This document shows positions 29,139 to 38,157 of a DNA stretch of 64,000 nt, one piece after another; position 1 is the stretch's first letter, and the number at the start of each line of letters is the position of its first letter. Where the stretch lies: the NCBI GenBank assembly GCA_963735035.1, contig CAVTJJ010000004.1, positions 1,408,001 to 1,472,000 of the forward strand, read 5' to 3'. Origin of the DNA: an uncultured candidate division Zixibacteria bacterium. Lineage in GTDB: Bacteria; Zixibacteria; MSB-5A5; GN15; FEB-12. The notes under the pieces were generated by a model. That model made no database searches and was not told where the DNA came from. It worked only from the letters and a program-made list of their open reading frames with translations. Made by a program: the position numbers and the translations under genes.

Positions 29139-31994
29139 ATGTTGAATTCCTTGAGATATCAGCCAGCGGTCGGTCAAGTCATGGTAGGTCGAGCCGGGTC
29201 TTTTCAGTCTTCTCGCCTGATCGTCTTTGCCCTGCTGTTATTCACTGTGGCAGGGCTGCTGGCTCCCTGCGCTTCCGCACAACTCTACTTCGGTCAGAAC
29301 AAAGTTCAGTACACCGACTTTGACTGGCAGATGATGACCACCGAGCATTTCAATATCTATTTCTATACTGAAGAGGCGGAAATCGCCCAAATTGCCGCCC
29401 GTATCGCCGAGGACAGTTATCCGAGGCTGGCGGCTAAGTTCAATCAGGAAGTCAGCAAGAAGATTCCGCTTATAGTCTATTCATCGCCGAGCTACTTCTC
29501 TCAGACGAACGTGATCCCCGGCATTCTGCCGGAATCGGTGGGAGGTTTCACCGAGTTTCTGAAGGGGCGAGTGGTGGTGCCCTTCCACGGCTCCTATTTC
29601 GATTTCAAGCATGTCATCACTCATGAACTGGTACACGTATTCACCATCGCCAAACTGGAGGAGATCAGCAGCCGTCAGGGAGTAATCCGCATGACCGGGC
29701 TGCCTCTCTGGTTCACAGAAGGTTTGGCTGAGTACTGGTCGGAAGACTGGGATACCGAAGCAGATATGATCGTCAAAGACATGGTGCTGCGCGGGGACGT
29801 TCTTCCGATGAGCGAGTTCTGGAAGGTGCAGGGCAGCTACTTCATGTACAAGCTCGGGCAGTCGGCCTGCAAGTTTATCAGTGAGGCGTACGGCCCGGAG
29901 AAGCTTGTTCTGATTCTTGAAAATTGGAACAAAGGACGCAGCTTCGAAGAAGTTGTCCAGGTCACTTTGGGGAAACGCTTCAATGACGTATCAGACGAGT
30001 GGCAGTACTGGCTCAAGAAGAAATACTACCCCGAGCTCGAGAACCTGGGCCTCCCCCGGATGGAGTCGAATCGTCTGACCTGGGACGGCTACTGTGTCAA
30101 GGGCGTACCTATTTCCTGGGACGACGGCCACGGTCTGCGGGAGTGGGTTGTATTCATGGCCTACCGCCGGGGCTACACCGGCATCTATATGAAACCGAGG
30201 AAGGCGAGCAAACAGGGCTTGCGCACGCTGGTGAAGGGGGAGCGTTCCAGCAAATTCGAATCGCTGCATCTTCTTCGTTCGGGTATCGATGCCACCAATG
30301 CCGGTCTCGTGGTGTTTTCGTCCAAATCGAAGGAACAAGACGTCATCTACGTCTATAGTCTCAAGGAAGACAGGATAGTAGGCGAATATCGCCTTGAGGA
30401 TCTCGTAGCAGCTCGCTCGCCCCGGTTCTCGTCCGACGGGCGACAAATTGTCTTTAGCGGTATCCAGAAGAGCGGCTATTCAGATATCTACTTGCTCGAT
30501 ATTTCCAGCGGCAAGATTTCCACGGTAACGAACGACATATACAATGATGTCGATCCGGTGTTTTCGCTCGATGGCCGCCGGATCGTATTTGCCTCGGATA
30601 GGTGTGACGGCGGCGACATGGGCGCCAACAGTCTGTTCGAACTTGAACTAGCCGACCCGACTAATATCCGTCAGTTGACGTGGGGTCATTTCAACGATCA
30701 GACTCCGGAAGTCAGTACGCGAGGGGTGTTCTTTTCGTCCGATCGCGAAGGGTCCTACAATCTGTTCCTGCTCGATCCGGATGGACTTATCACCCGGCAA
30801 TCCGATTTTGCCACCGGCGCTTTTGATCCGAGGATTGAATCTGATGGTAGTCATATCGTCTACACCGGCTATGAAGATTTTCAATTCCGGGTGTACGAGA
30901 AGAAGCTAAGTGACACGGTCAAGGCGATTGCCAATATCACGACTCTCGGCCACTCGACCTGGGCGCCTCGACAGATCGACCGCGGTCACGGCCGAAGTTC
31001 GGTAAAGTATAAGACCGATTATTCGTTTGATATCGCCCAATCGGCAGTGGCGTATGACCCTATCTATGGTTCAGCGGGCGGCCTACAGGCGTCGTTCTCG
31101 GATATCCTCGGCAATCACGCCTACTATCTCCTGTTGACTAATTCGGCCGAGAACAAAGACGATCTTCTGCAGTCGTTCAATTTTGGTGTCACCTATGTCA
31201 ATCGGGCGCACCGGCTCAATTGGGGCGTTGGGGCCTTTCACCTCTACGATGAATATTATGATCGCAGGGATCTGTTCTATTTTGAGCGCCAGGCCGGTGT
31301 GCTGGGGTATTTCAGTTATCCGGTTTCCCGGTTCAGCCGATTCGACATCACCAGTTTCATCCGCTATGACAAGAAAGATCGCCGCTACGGTCTGGTCGAT
31401 CGCGAAGCGCTGCTGGCCTCGACTTTCATGAGTTGGGTCTATGACAATTCGATCTGGGATATTTCCGGTCCTATCGAAGGACGGCGATATAATCTTTCTG
31501 TCGGCCTAAGTCAGTCGATCAGCGACGGAATGGCCTGGAATCGGATCGGGCTGGTGGACCTGCGCCATTACGTTCGGCTCGGGACCAATTCGGCCATTGC
31601 CAGTCGTTTGTTCGCGTTTGGGTCCGGTGGTGTGGAACCTCAGCGGATATATTTCGGCGGTAGTTGGGATTTTCGTGGTTATGATCGACGCGCGTTCTAC
31701 AATCGCAAAGTACTGTTTGCCTCCAATGAGCTGAGATTCCCGCTGATAGATGATCTCATTATCGGAATGCCTTTCGGAGCTATAGGCTTCCGGGGAATCC
31801 GAGGCGCGGCATTCTTTGATACCGGGTCGGCCTGGGACGACAAGTTCGATCAGTTCCTGGGCTCATACGGTTTTGGCTTCCGGGTAAATGTCGCTTATGT
31901 CGTTCTGCTTCGATTTGATTTTGCCCGGCGAACCGATTTCAAGACCACCAGTCCCGGATTCGACTTTGATTTCTTTTTCGGATGGAATTTCTGA
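29139..31994 (+). CDS. Omp85/BamA-family protein with N-terminal zinc-peptidase-like and TolB-like propeller domains
   Basis: FGQNKVQY; HELVH + WFTEGLAEY; PD40-like repeats (SPRFSSDG, DPVFSLDG); FRGY, ELRFP, FFDTG, terminal FFFGWNF; start uncertain. Confidence 0.85.
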   Translation: MLNSLRYQPAVGQVMVGRAGSFQSSRLIVFALLLFTVAGLLAPCASAQLYFGQNKVQYTDFDWQMMTTEHFNIYFYTEEAEIAQIAARIAEDSYPRLAAKFNQEVSKKIPLIVYSSPSYFSQTNVIPGILPESVGGFTEFLKGRVVVPFHGSYFDFKHVITHELVHVFTIAKLEEISSRQGVIRMTGLPLWFTEGLAEYWSEDWDTEADMIVKDMVLRGDVLPMSEFWKVQGSYFMYKLGQSACKFISEAYGPEKLVLILENWNKGRSFEEVVQVTLGKRFNDVSDEWQYWLKKKYYPELENLGLPRMESNRLTWDGYCVKGVPISWDDGHGLREWVVFMAYRRGYTGIYMKPRKASKQGLRTLVKGERSSKFESLHLLRSGIDATNAGLVVFSSKSKEQDVIYVYSLKEDRIVGEYRLEDLVAARSPRFSSDGRQIVFSGIQKSGYSDIYLLDISSGKISTVTNDIYNDVDPVFSLDGRRIVFASDRCDGGDMGANSLFELELADPTNIRQLTWGHFNDQTPEVSTRGVFFSSDREGSYNLFLLDPDGLITRQSDFATGAFDPRIESDGSHIVYTGYEDFQFRVYEKKLSDTVKAIANITTLGHSTWAPRQIDRGHGRSSVKYKTDYSFDIAQSAVAYDPIYGSAGGLQASFSDILGNHAYYLLLTNSAENKDDLLQSFNFGVTYVNRAHRLNWGVGAFHLYDEYYDRRDLFYFERQAGVLGYFSYPVSRFSRFDITSFIRYDKKDRRYGLVDREALLASTFMSWVYDNSIWDISGPIEGRRYNLSVGLSQSISDGMAWNRIGLVDLRHYVRLGTNSAIASRLFAFGSGGVEPQRIYFGGSWDFRGYDRRAFYNRKVLFASNELRFPLIDDLIIGMPFGAIGFRGIRGAAFFDTGSAWDDKFDQFLGSYGFGFRVNVAYVVLLRFDFARRTDFKTTSPGFDFDFFFGWNF

Positions 31995-33184
31995 TGAGAG
32001 CTAAAGCGACCGTTGCTCTGATATCGGCGATCATTATTTCTATAGTGACGGTTTCGTGCGGCCGGCTTTATCGTCTACAGCCAGAGTCGAAATCTCAGGG
32101 GCAATATGCTTGCTCCAGAGGTACCGAGGCTCAATTGGGCGCTCTTGACTCAACGCAGATTATTGACGGTTTCAAACTCCTCTGGAAGGCATCGGTGACC
32201 GGCAAACCGGCCGGCCCACTTTCAATACACAACGGGGCGCTGGTATACCCGGATACGCGGAAGAAGATCAGGTTCTACGATGTCACTACCGGGCATCAAC
32301 TGGGCCGGTGGAAGGCCAAGGGCGTACCACAAACAGGTATGGCGGTTTTCGACAGCATAGCTGTCTTTGGTGTGGCCCCTCGCCGTGATTTTCTAAGGGC
32401 GGTCGATCTGTTTTCGGCTAAGAGATTGTGGCAGAAGAAGGTGAAGGATGTTGCCGCAGGGCCGATAATAGTAGGTAACCGCCTTATCGTCAGTTCCGGA
32501 GACGGCACATTACGCGCTCTGGACCTTGATGATGGAGCATTGGTCTGGACGTTTGTCGGAGATCAGCGACCCGCCGCTGCGGCCAGTTACGGCCACGAGA
32601 GGATTTTTCAACCGGCCGAGCGAGGTTGGTTGTATGCGGTGTCGCCGGACAGTGGTCGTGAGTTGTACCGGGTTCGTCTCGACGGATCTCTGGTGAGTCC
32701 GGTGGCCGTCGCAGACTTCGTGTATGCGACCACCGTGACCGGCTGGGTGTACGCGCTGAATCCGGGTGACGGTTCGGTCGTGTGGAAGACCGAGGTCGAC
32801 GCTCCGATCTGGACCAGCCCTTCAGTAGGGCACGGACGGGTGCTGGTCGGTGATAGTCGTGGCAAAGTGATCGCCCTCGATGCGGCGTCCGGGCAGGAGC
32901 TCTGGCGCTTCGAGATCGGCGAAGTCATCCGTGCCTCGACACTCTTGGTCGGCGACCGGGTCGTAGTCGGAACCATGACCGGGCGTCTGTTGATGCTCAG
33001 GGCCGACGACGGCAGCGTCGTGGATTCGACCCGAGTCAAAGGCGCCGTGCAGTTTGCTCCGGTGTCTGATGGAAGGCGGTTGTTCGTAGCTACGCAAGCA
33101 GGCAAGATTTTCTGTTTCGGAGACCGCAATGAACAAGCCGAACCCGCCCGTCAAGGAATCAACCCTCAGCTTCAATCTCAATGA
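31994..33184 (+). CDS. PQQ-like beta-propeller lipoprotein (BamB-like)
   Basis: TGATG overlap with upstream stop; lipobox VSC; repeated ALD..DG..W propeller motifs. Confidence 0.82.
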   Translation: MRAKATVALISAIIISIVTVSCGRLYRLQPESKSQGQYACSRGTEAQLGALDSTQIIDGFKLLWKASVTGKPAGPLSIHNGALVYPDTRKKIRFYDVTTGHQLGRWKAKGVPQTGMAVFDSIAVFGVAPRRDFLRAVDLFSAKRLWQKKVKDVAAGPIIVGNRLIVSSGDGTLRALDLDDGALVWTFVGDQRPAAAASYGHERIFQPAERGWLYAVSPDSGRELYRVRLDGSLVSPVAVADFVYATTVTGWVYALNPGDGSVVWKTEVDAPIWTSPSVGHGRVLVGDSRGKVIALDAASGQELWRFEIGEVIRASTLLVGDRVVVGTMTGRLLMLRADDGSVVDSTRVKGAVQFAPVSDGRRLFVATQAGKIFCFGDRNEQAEPARQGINPQLQSQ

Positions 33185-35333
33185 AGAAGCCCACAACTTT
33201 GTTCGCGAGCTGGCCATGGCCGGGCGCAAGGTCGCCATTTACGGCAAGGGCCATCCGCTCGCGATGAAGGCTGTCGAGAAGCCGTTCTTCTCACTCGGTT
33301 ACATCTTTCGCTACAAGTTGCTCGTCAATGTCAACGTCCAGCGCGGCGAACTGTATGTGCTTAACATCCGCCTCAAGGATTCACCCTTCTCGACCCAGAT
33401 TATTCAGTTCCTGCAGTCGCTCGACGTCAACGCCATCCTGTTCGAACGCCGCATGAACGTCAATGAATTCGGCCGCTTCGTGCAGATATTAATTGACCGC
33501 CAGGCGCAATACAACGCCACGTTCAATTTCGCGGATCAACTCGCTCGAGAAGGCATCGAGAGTATCCAGGTAAACTCCGATGATGGTTGCGCACTGTTTG
33601 ATGATCACAAACAGTACCGCGGAGACGTGTTCGGTGATTTCTCGGTACGTCGGCTGGCGATGGATCAGCTCGGCGACGATCCGATCAGGCTGGCCCGGAT
33701 ACGCAATGTCAACGAGGAAGGACTGCGCGATCACGGCATCGATTTCGATTCGGCCATCGTGGCGTACCTGATTCCGGAGCGAATGGCCTCGATTGATGCC
33801 GGACGGATTCGACGCGTTCTTACGCAACTGGCGGATCAGATCAACAACTCTGATTCGGGTCAGATAAAGGCCCGCGAAGCCACGTCTGACTATATGTCGT
33901 TGTTCAAACTCGTGGAATTCCATCCTGAGAAGAAGCGTATCGTTGAGAATCTGGAAGATCGCCGTGAGTCGGAAGGGTATGGCGACGCCATGACAGAGAC
34001 CGGTGCGATCCGTGTTCAGACCAGCGCCTTTGTGGATCAGCTTTTTGAGCGGATGTTTTCCGCCCAGCCAGCCGAATTCGAACCGGAATCGTTTGCGGAT
34101 GCATTCGTACGCCTTCTGAAGACCGGTCAGCAGTCGAAAGCGGCCGAGGTGGTGGGGCGATTGACCGACCTCATGAGCGCGCCCGAACCGGAATTCCGCC
34201 AGCGCGCGCTGCACCTTCTGGGTTTCGCGACCGCCGAACTGACCCATGCGGTCGATACGGTCGTTCTGGAAGAAGCTGTGAACAATGTCGTGAAACGTCT
34301 GAAAGCGAAAACCGAGACCTACGAGTATTCGGAATTCCTCTGGCTGCTTTTCGTCGCCTGTCAGGAAACCGCACGCTACGATCTGGCGGCGCGTTTGACC
34401 CGCGCGATGGCCACCCGCCGATCCATGAGTGAAAATGTAACCGTGTACGATTCGATGGCGGTCAAGAAGGGGTTTGAGAATATCGGCCGTCGCAAAACGA
34501 TTGATCGCTTGATGCGTGAATTGATCTCGGCTCAGGGCGAGACGATGGTGCATTTGAAGGATATTCTCGTAGCAATCGGTTCGGAAGAGATCGCGCTGGC
34601 GCTTAGTCAGATTATCTCGCATCCGGTTCGGACGGTGCGCCAGTTGACTCTCAAAATACTCGCGGAGTTGGGCAAGTCGTCGTTGATAGTCTTTTCACGA
34701 ATCATCTTCGATGACACGATGTTCGCCCGCGAGGCTCAAAAGTACGAACTGCCCGACGACAAATGGTACGTAGTTCGCAATTCAATTTTCGTAATAGGCT
34801 CTTTGCGTGATCCGGGCGGCGTGGCACCGTTGCGAGTTCGGATCGACGATTGCGATGTCCGGGTGCGGCGGGAAATCGTGAGCGCCCTGGAAAAGATTGG
34901 CGGGGAAGAAGCTCTCGACTGTTTGACGCTGATGGCGGACGATCCTATTGTCGAAGTTCGCGAGGCGGCGATTATTGCGATCGGCCTGGCTGGACGACCC
35001 GAGGCGGCTCCGATCTTGATTGACATCGCCAAACGGAATCCACGCAGCGCCATGAAGGCCGTCACCGCTCTCGGCAAGTTGGGCGGTTCGGAGGCGGGCA
35101 AGTTCCTCGGTCGTCTCTTGAACGACCCGCAGGCCATCTCAGAACTGGCCCACGGGGCTGTTTCAAAGGATGATCTCAGGCTGGCCGCGGTGAAGGCTCT
35201 CGCCCAAATTGGCGATCCGGAAGCGGTCGAGCAGGTAAGGCAGTTCCGGGATAGCCAGTCGGCCACGCAGAAGATTCTTTTCAAGACATCGGCGCTAAAC
35301 CGGGTTGTTGCGGACGTATTAGCTCGCCACTAG
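33129..35333 (+). CDS. HEAT-repeat domain protein
   Basis: IYGKGHP N-terminal motif; C-terminal HEAT repeats (WYVVRN, RVRREIVSALEKIG, VREAAIIAIG). Confidence 0.8.
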   Translation: MNKPNPPVKESTLSFNLNEEAHNFVRELAMAGRKVAIYGKGHPLAMKAVEKPFFSLGYIFRYKLLVNVNVQRGELYVLNIRLKDSPFSTQIIQFLQSLDVNAILFERRMNVNEFGRFVQILIDRQAQYNATFNFADQLAREGIESIQVNSDDGCALFDDHKQYRGDVFGDFSVRRLAMDQLGDDPIRLARIRNVNEEGLRDHGIDFDSAIVAYLIPERMASIDAGRIRRVLTQLADQINNSDSGQIKAREATSDYMSLFKLVEFHPEKKRIVENLEDRRESEGYGDAMTETGAIRVQTSAFVDQLFERMFSAQPAEFEPESFADAFVRLLKTGQQSKAAEVVGRLTDLMSAPEPEFRQRALHLLGFATAELTHAVDTVVLEEAVNNVVKRLKAKTETYEYSEFLWLLFVACQETARYDLAARLTRAMATRRSMSENVTVYDSMAVKKGFENIGRRKTIDRLMRELISAQGETMVHLKDILVAIGSEEIALALSQIISHPVRTVRQLTLKILAELGKSSLIVFSRIIFDDTMFAREAQKYELPDDKWYVVRNSIFVIGSLRDPGGVAPLRVRIDDCDVRVRREIVSALEKIGGEEALDCLTLMADDPIVEVREAAIIAIGLAGRPEAAPILIDIAKRNPRSAMKAVTALGKLGGSEAGKFLGRLLNDPQAISELAHGAVSKDDLRLAAVKALAQIGDPEAVEQVRQFRDSQSATQKILFKTSALNRVVADVLARH

Positions 35334-35354
35334 ACCAATCGATTGATTCGCTTG

Positions 35355-35511
35355 CGCCACAATGGCAGAAAGATGCCATTGTGGCGCTTCTATTTATGTC
35401 GTAATGGCATTTGATAGTGCCGTTATGGCAGTCGTTGTCGCTACCATTCCTTATCAGATTTCGTATCATCCTGTCGTTCAGACACTTAGTTGTCTTGGCA
35501 CACGGGTTGTA
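35355..35511 (+). promoter_or_regulatory. sigma54 promoter architecture for hsp20 (four UAS-like palindromes, IHF-like site, -24/-12)
   Basis: 13-bp boxes at 35355, 35374, 35397, 35418; GTTCAGACACTTA at 35476; TGGCAC-ACGGG-TTGTA at 35496. Confidence 0.65.
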
Positions 35512-35585
35512 ATATGTCTGGCAGAAGTTAAGAAGTATCTGAAAGACAAAACGACTGAAGAACAATAGGAAATGAGGTTACCAAA

Positions 35586-36023
35586 ATGACGTTCCTAACC
35601 GTGAGACCGAAAAGAGACCCATGGGTCGGCGAGATTGACAACTGGTTTGAAGATTTCTGTCGCATGCCGATCAGGATCAACCAGGACCAGGCAGGGTTCT
35701 CCCCGCGCGTGAATGTCGACGAGACCAAGGAGGAAGTACGGCTGACGTTCGAACTTCCGGGCATGGAGAAGAAGGACATCAAGGTTACCATGCACGACGG
35801 CATGCTGACCGTGTCAGGGAAACGCGAGATGAAGCAGGAATCCAGCGACGATAGCTGTGTGCGTCGGGAAATTCGCGCCGGCGAGTTCGCTCGCTCGTTC
35901 ACTCTTCCGGAGACGGTCGATGCTGAAAAGATTTCGGCGGACTACAAGAACGGCCTGCTTGAGATCAAGCTGGTCAAGCGGGAAGAGGTTAAGCCGAAAG
36001 AGATTGAAGTCAAGGTCACCTAA
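35586..36023 (+). CDS. Hsp20/alpha-crystallin small heat-shock protein
   Basis: PRVNVDET, ELPGMEKKDI, GEFARSFTLP, ADYKNGLLEI. Confidence 0.95.
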   Translation: MTFLTVRPKRDPWVGEIDNWFEDFCRMPIRINQDQAGFSPRVNVDETKEEVRLTFELPGMEKKDIKVTMHDGMLTVSGKREMKQESSDDSCVRREIRAGEFARSFTLPETVDAEKISADYKNGLLEIKLVKREEVKPKEIEVKVT

Positions 36024-36062
36024 GTGCCTCGAGACAACACTCCCACATGCTCAAGAGTGCGC

Positions 36063-36092
36063 AGGGCTGACCGGTTATGGTCAGCCCTTTGT
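36063..36092 (+). terminator. Terminator-like hairpin after hsp20
   Basis: AGGGCTGACC-GGTTAT-GGTCAGCCCT followed by TTGT. Confidence 0.6.
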
Positions 36093-36193
36093 CTTGAATG
36101 GCTAGGAGATGTCAGCAAGAAGCCCTACATTGATTGGGGCACGACAGGATCGGAAGAGTGTTAAGAATAGAGATGTTGGTCGGGTTTGCCACA

Positions 36194-36737
36194 GTAGGTC
36201 GGGTATGAAGAATGTAGGTCGGGTTCACGAGGAGTTCGCAAAGCGAACGCCGAGCAACCCTACACATAGACCGAGTCGTAGGGCAGAACCCTCGGCCGCT
36301 TCGGACGAGTGGTTCTGCCGCCCGAAACGGAACCGGAGGTTCCGTCACCCCCGTGAAGACGGGGGTCCATGTGGTAAAATGGTTGTCGGTAGATGCGGTC
36401 GCGAGTGGTCATGGGTACCCGCCTTCGCGGGTATGACGGCCTTGCGGCCGTTGCACGATGTCGCCTTTCGACAGGCCCAGGGTGACAAAAAGTAGGTCGG
36501 GTTTACGGAGTCGTGAGCGAAGCGAGAGACGACAAACCCGACACTATGCTACGACATGGTTGAAGATGTCGGGTTGCGCGCTCCAAGCGTCAATACGCGT
36601 AACCCGACCTACGAAGATGGGTGCCCCGCCTGAAGCGGGGCAAGACAGAAATGAAGCGCAGTGGAATTTGATCTTGTAGGGCGGGTCCGCTTCGAACCCG
36701 CCATGAACCGGCAGATGTGGGCATCTGCCGGGCACGT
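36194..36737. repeat. Mosaic cluster of REP-like palindromes (GTAG-foot hairpins, GTCATTCC-type doublet, GGCAGATG family)
   Basis: GTAG-hairpins at 36214, 36278, 36492, 36568-36612 (reverse), 36676; inverted doublet 36344-36437; CCGGCAGATGTGGGCATCTGCCGG at 36708. Confidence 0.8.
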
Positions 36738-36759
36738 GAATGAGAATCGATGTGATAGT

Positions 36760-37719
36760 ATGAAGAAAGATTTCTACAACATACTCGGCGTGCCGGAAGA
36801 CGCGCCCCAGGACCGCATCAAGAAAGTGTATCGTTCTCTGGCCAAGAAGTTTCATCCCGATCGCAACCAGGGTGACACGACAGCCGAGGCGAAGTTCAAA
36901 GAGGTGCAGGAAGCGTATTCGGTCCTCTCCGACCCGAAGAAGCGCGAAGAATACGATATGATGCGCAAGTACGGCAACTACACCGGGGCCAGCGAGGCCG
37001 GGTTCGGTGCCGATGGCATGAATGGCTTTGATATCTCGGACCTTTTCCGAGGCGGCGCCAACGGGGGCCGGGTCTTTCACTTTTCAACTACTGGTGACAC
37101 CGACGGCGCGGAAGACATGGACGAGCTGCTCGGTTCGTTGTTCGGAAGTCGCGGCAGGCGTCGTGCAGGTGCGCATCGAAGCGGGGAAGAGATATTCGCT
37201 GGCAACCGCACTCGTCGCGGCGCAGATCTGTCGACCAGCGTAACAATACCTTTCCTGGAGTCGGTCACGGGTGTGACAAAGACCTTGCATGCGCACGATT
37301 CGAATAAGACTATACGTGTAGCTATCCCGACGGGGATCGACGACGGCGGCCGGATTCGTCTGAAAGGGCAGGGACTGCCCGGCCTTTACGGCGGTCGCGA
37401 CGGTGATCTGATAATTATGGTGAGGGTTATGCCTGATCAGTATTTCAAGCGCGAGGGCAACGACGTGCATACGTCGGTGGAAGTGTCGTTTATCGACGCT
37501 ATCAAAGGGTGCAAACGGGAGGTGCGGACGTTGTCCCGCACGGTCTCGCTGACGATTCCGCCGGGCACGCAACCGGGGACGAAACTTCGGTTGAAGGGCA
37601 TGGGCCTGGAAGTCGGTGGAGTGGCCGGTGACCAATATGTCGAAGTGAAAGTGACGTTACCGACGACGCTGACGGAGAAGCAGAAGAAATTGGTGGAAGA
37701 GTGGGGCGACGAGAAGTAA
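36760..37719 (+). CDS. DnaJ-class co-chaperone lacking the Zn-finger (CbpA-like)
   Basis: KDFYNILGV, HPD motif, G/F-rich linker, RLKGQG, IPPGTQPG; upstream ORF extension is repeat-derived. Confidence 0.92.
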   Translation: MKKDFYNILGVPEDAPQDRIKKVYRSLAKKFHPDRNQGDTTAEAKFKEVQEAYSVLSDPKKREEYDMMRKYGNYTGASEAGFGADGMNGFDISDLFRGGANGGRVFHFSTTGDTDGAEDMDELLGSLFGSRGRRRAGAHRSGEEIFAGNRTRRGADLSTSVTIPFLESVTGVTKTLHAHDSNKTIRVAIPTGIDDGGRIRLKGQGLPGLYGGRDGDLIIMVRVMPDQYFKREGNDVHTSVEVSFIDAIKGCKREVRTLSRTVSLTIPPGTQPGTKLRLKGMGLEVGGVAGDQYVEVKVTLPTTLTEKQKKLVEEWGDEK

Positions 37720-37730
37720 CCGTAGGTTCC

Positions 37731-38112
37731 GTCATTCCCGCGAAGGCGGGAACCCAGTCAAGGCGGCTGGTCAGTGAAGCAGATTGAATATGAGAGCGCT
37801 TTGGCGAATGACACATGGATGATGATGCGATGGTGATCAGCGGTCTTGGCTGGGTACCTGCCTCCGCAGGTATGACAGTCTGGCGGCCGTCGTCAAATGT
37901 CGGGATGACAAGCATCCCGACCTACGAAGATGGGTGCCCCGCCTGAAGCGGGGCAGGACAGAGAAGGAACGCAGCGGAATTTGATCTTGTAGGGCGGGTC
38001 CGCTTCGAACCCGCCATGAATCGGCAGATGTGGGCATCTGCCGGGCACGTTTAAGGGGCAGACGAGGACGTCTGCCGCCCAAACGAAGATGGGTGCCCTG
38101 CTGAAGCGGGGC
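37731..38112. repeat. Mosaic REP cluster between dnaJ and clpB
   Basis: 146-bp inverted doublet 37731-37876; 135-bp near-copy (37916-38050) of 36603-36737; variant GGCAGACGAGGACGTCTGCC at 38057. Confidence 0.8.
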
Positions 38113-38157
38113 AAGCTCAGAGATGAGGCCCACGAAGATTACTGAGGTGATACATAT

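Noticed and set aside
36109..36759. ORFs 36109-36495, 36458-36679 and the N-terminal extension of dnaJ
   Set aside because: They are translations of palindromic repeats with no protein motifs.
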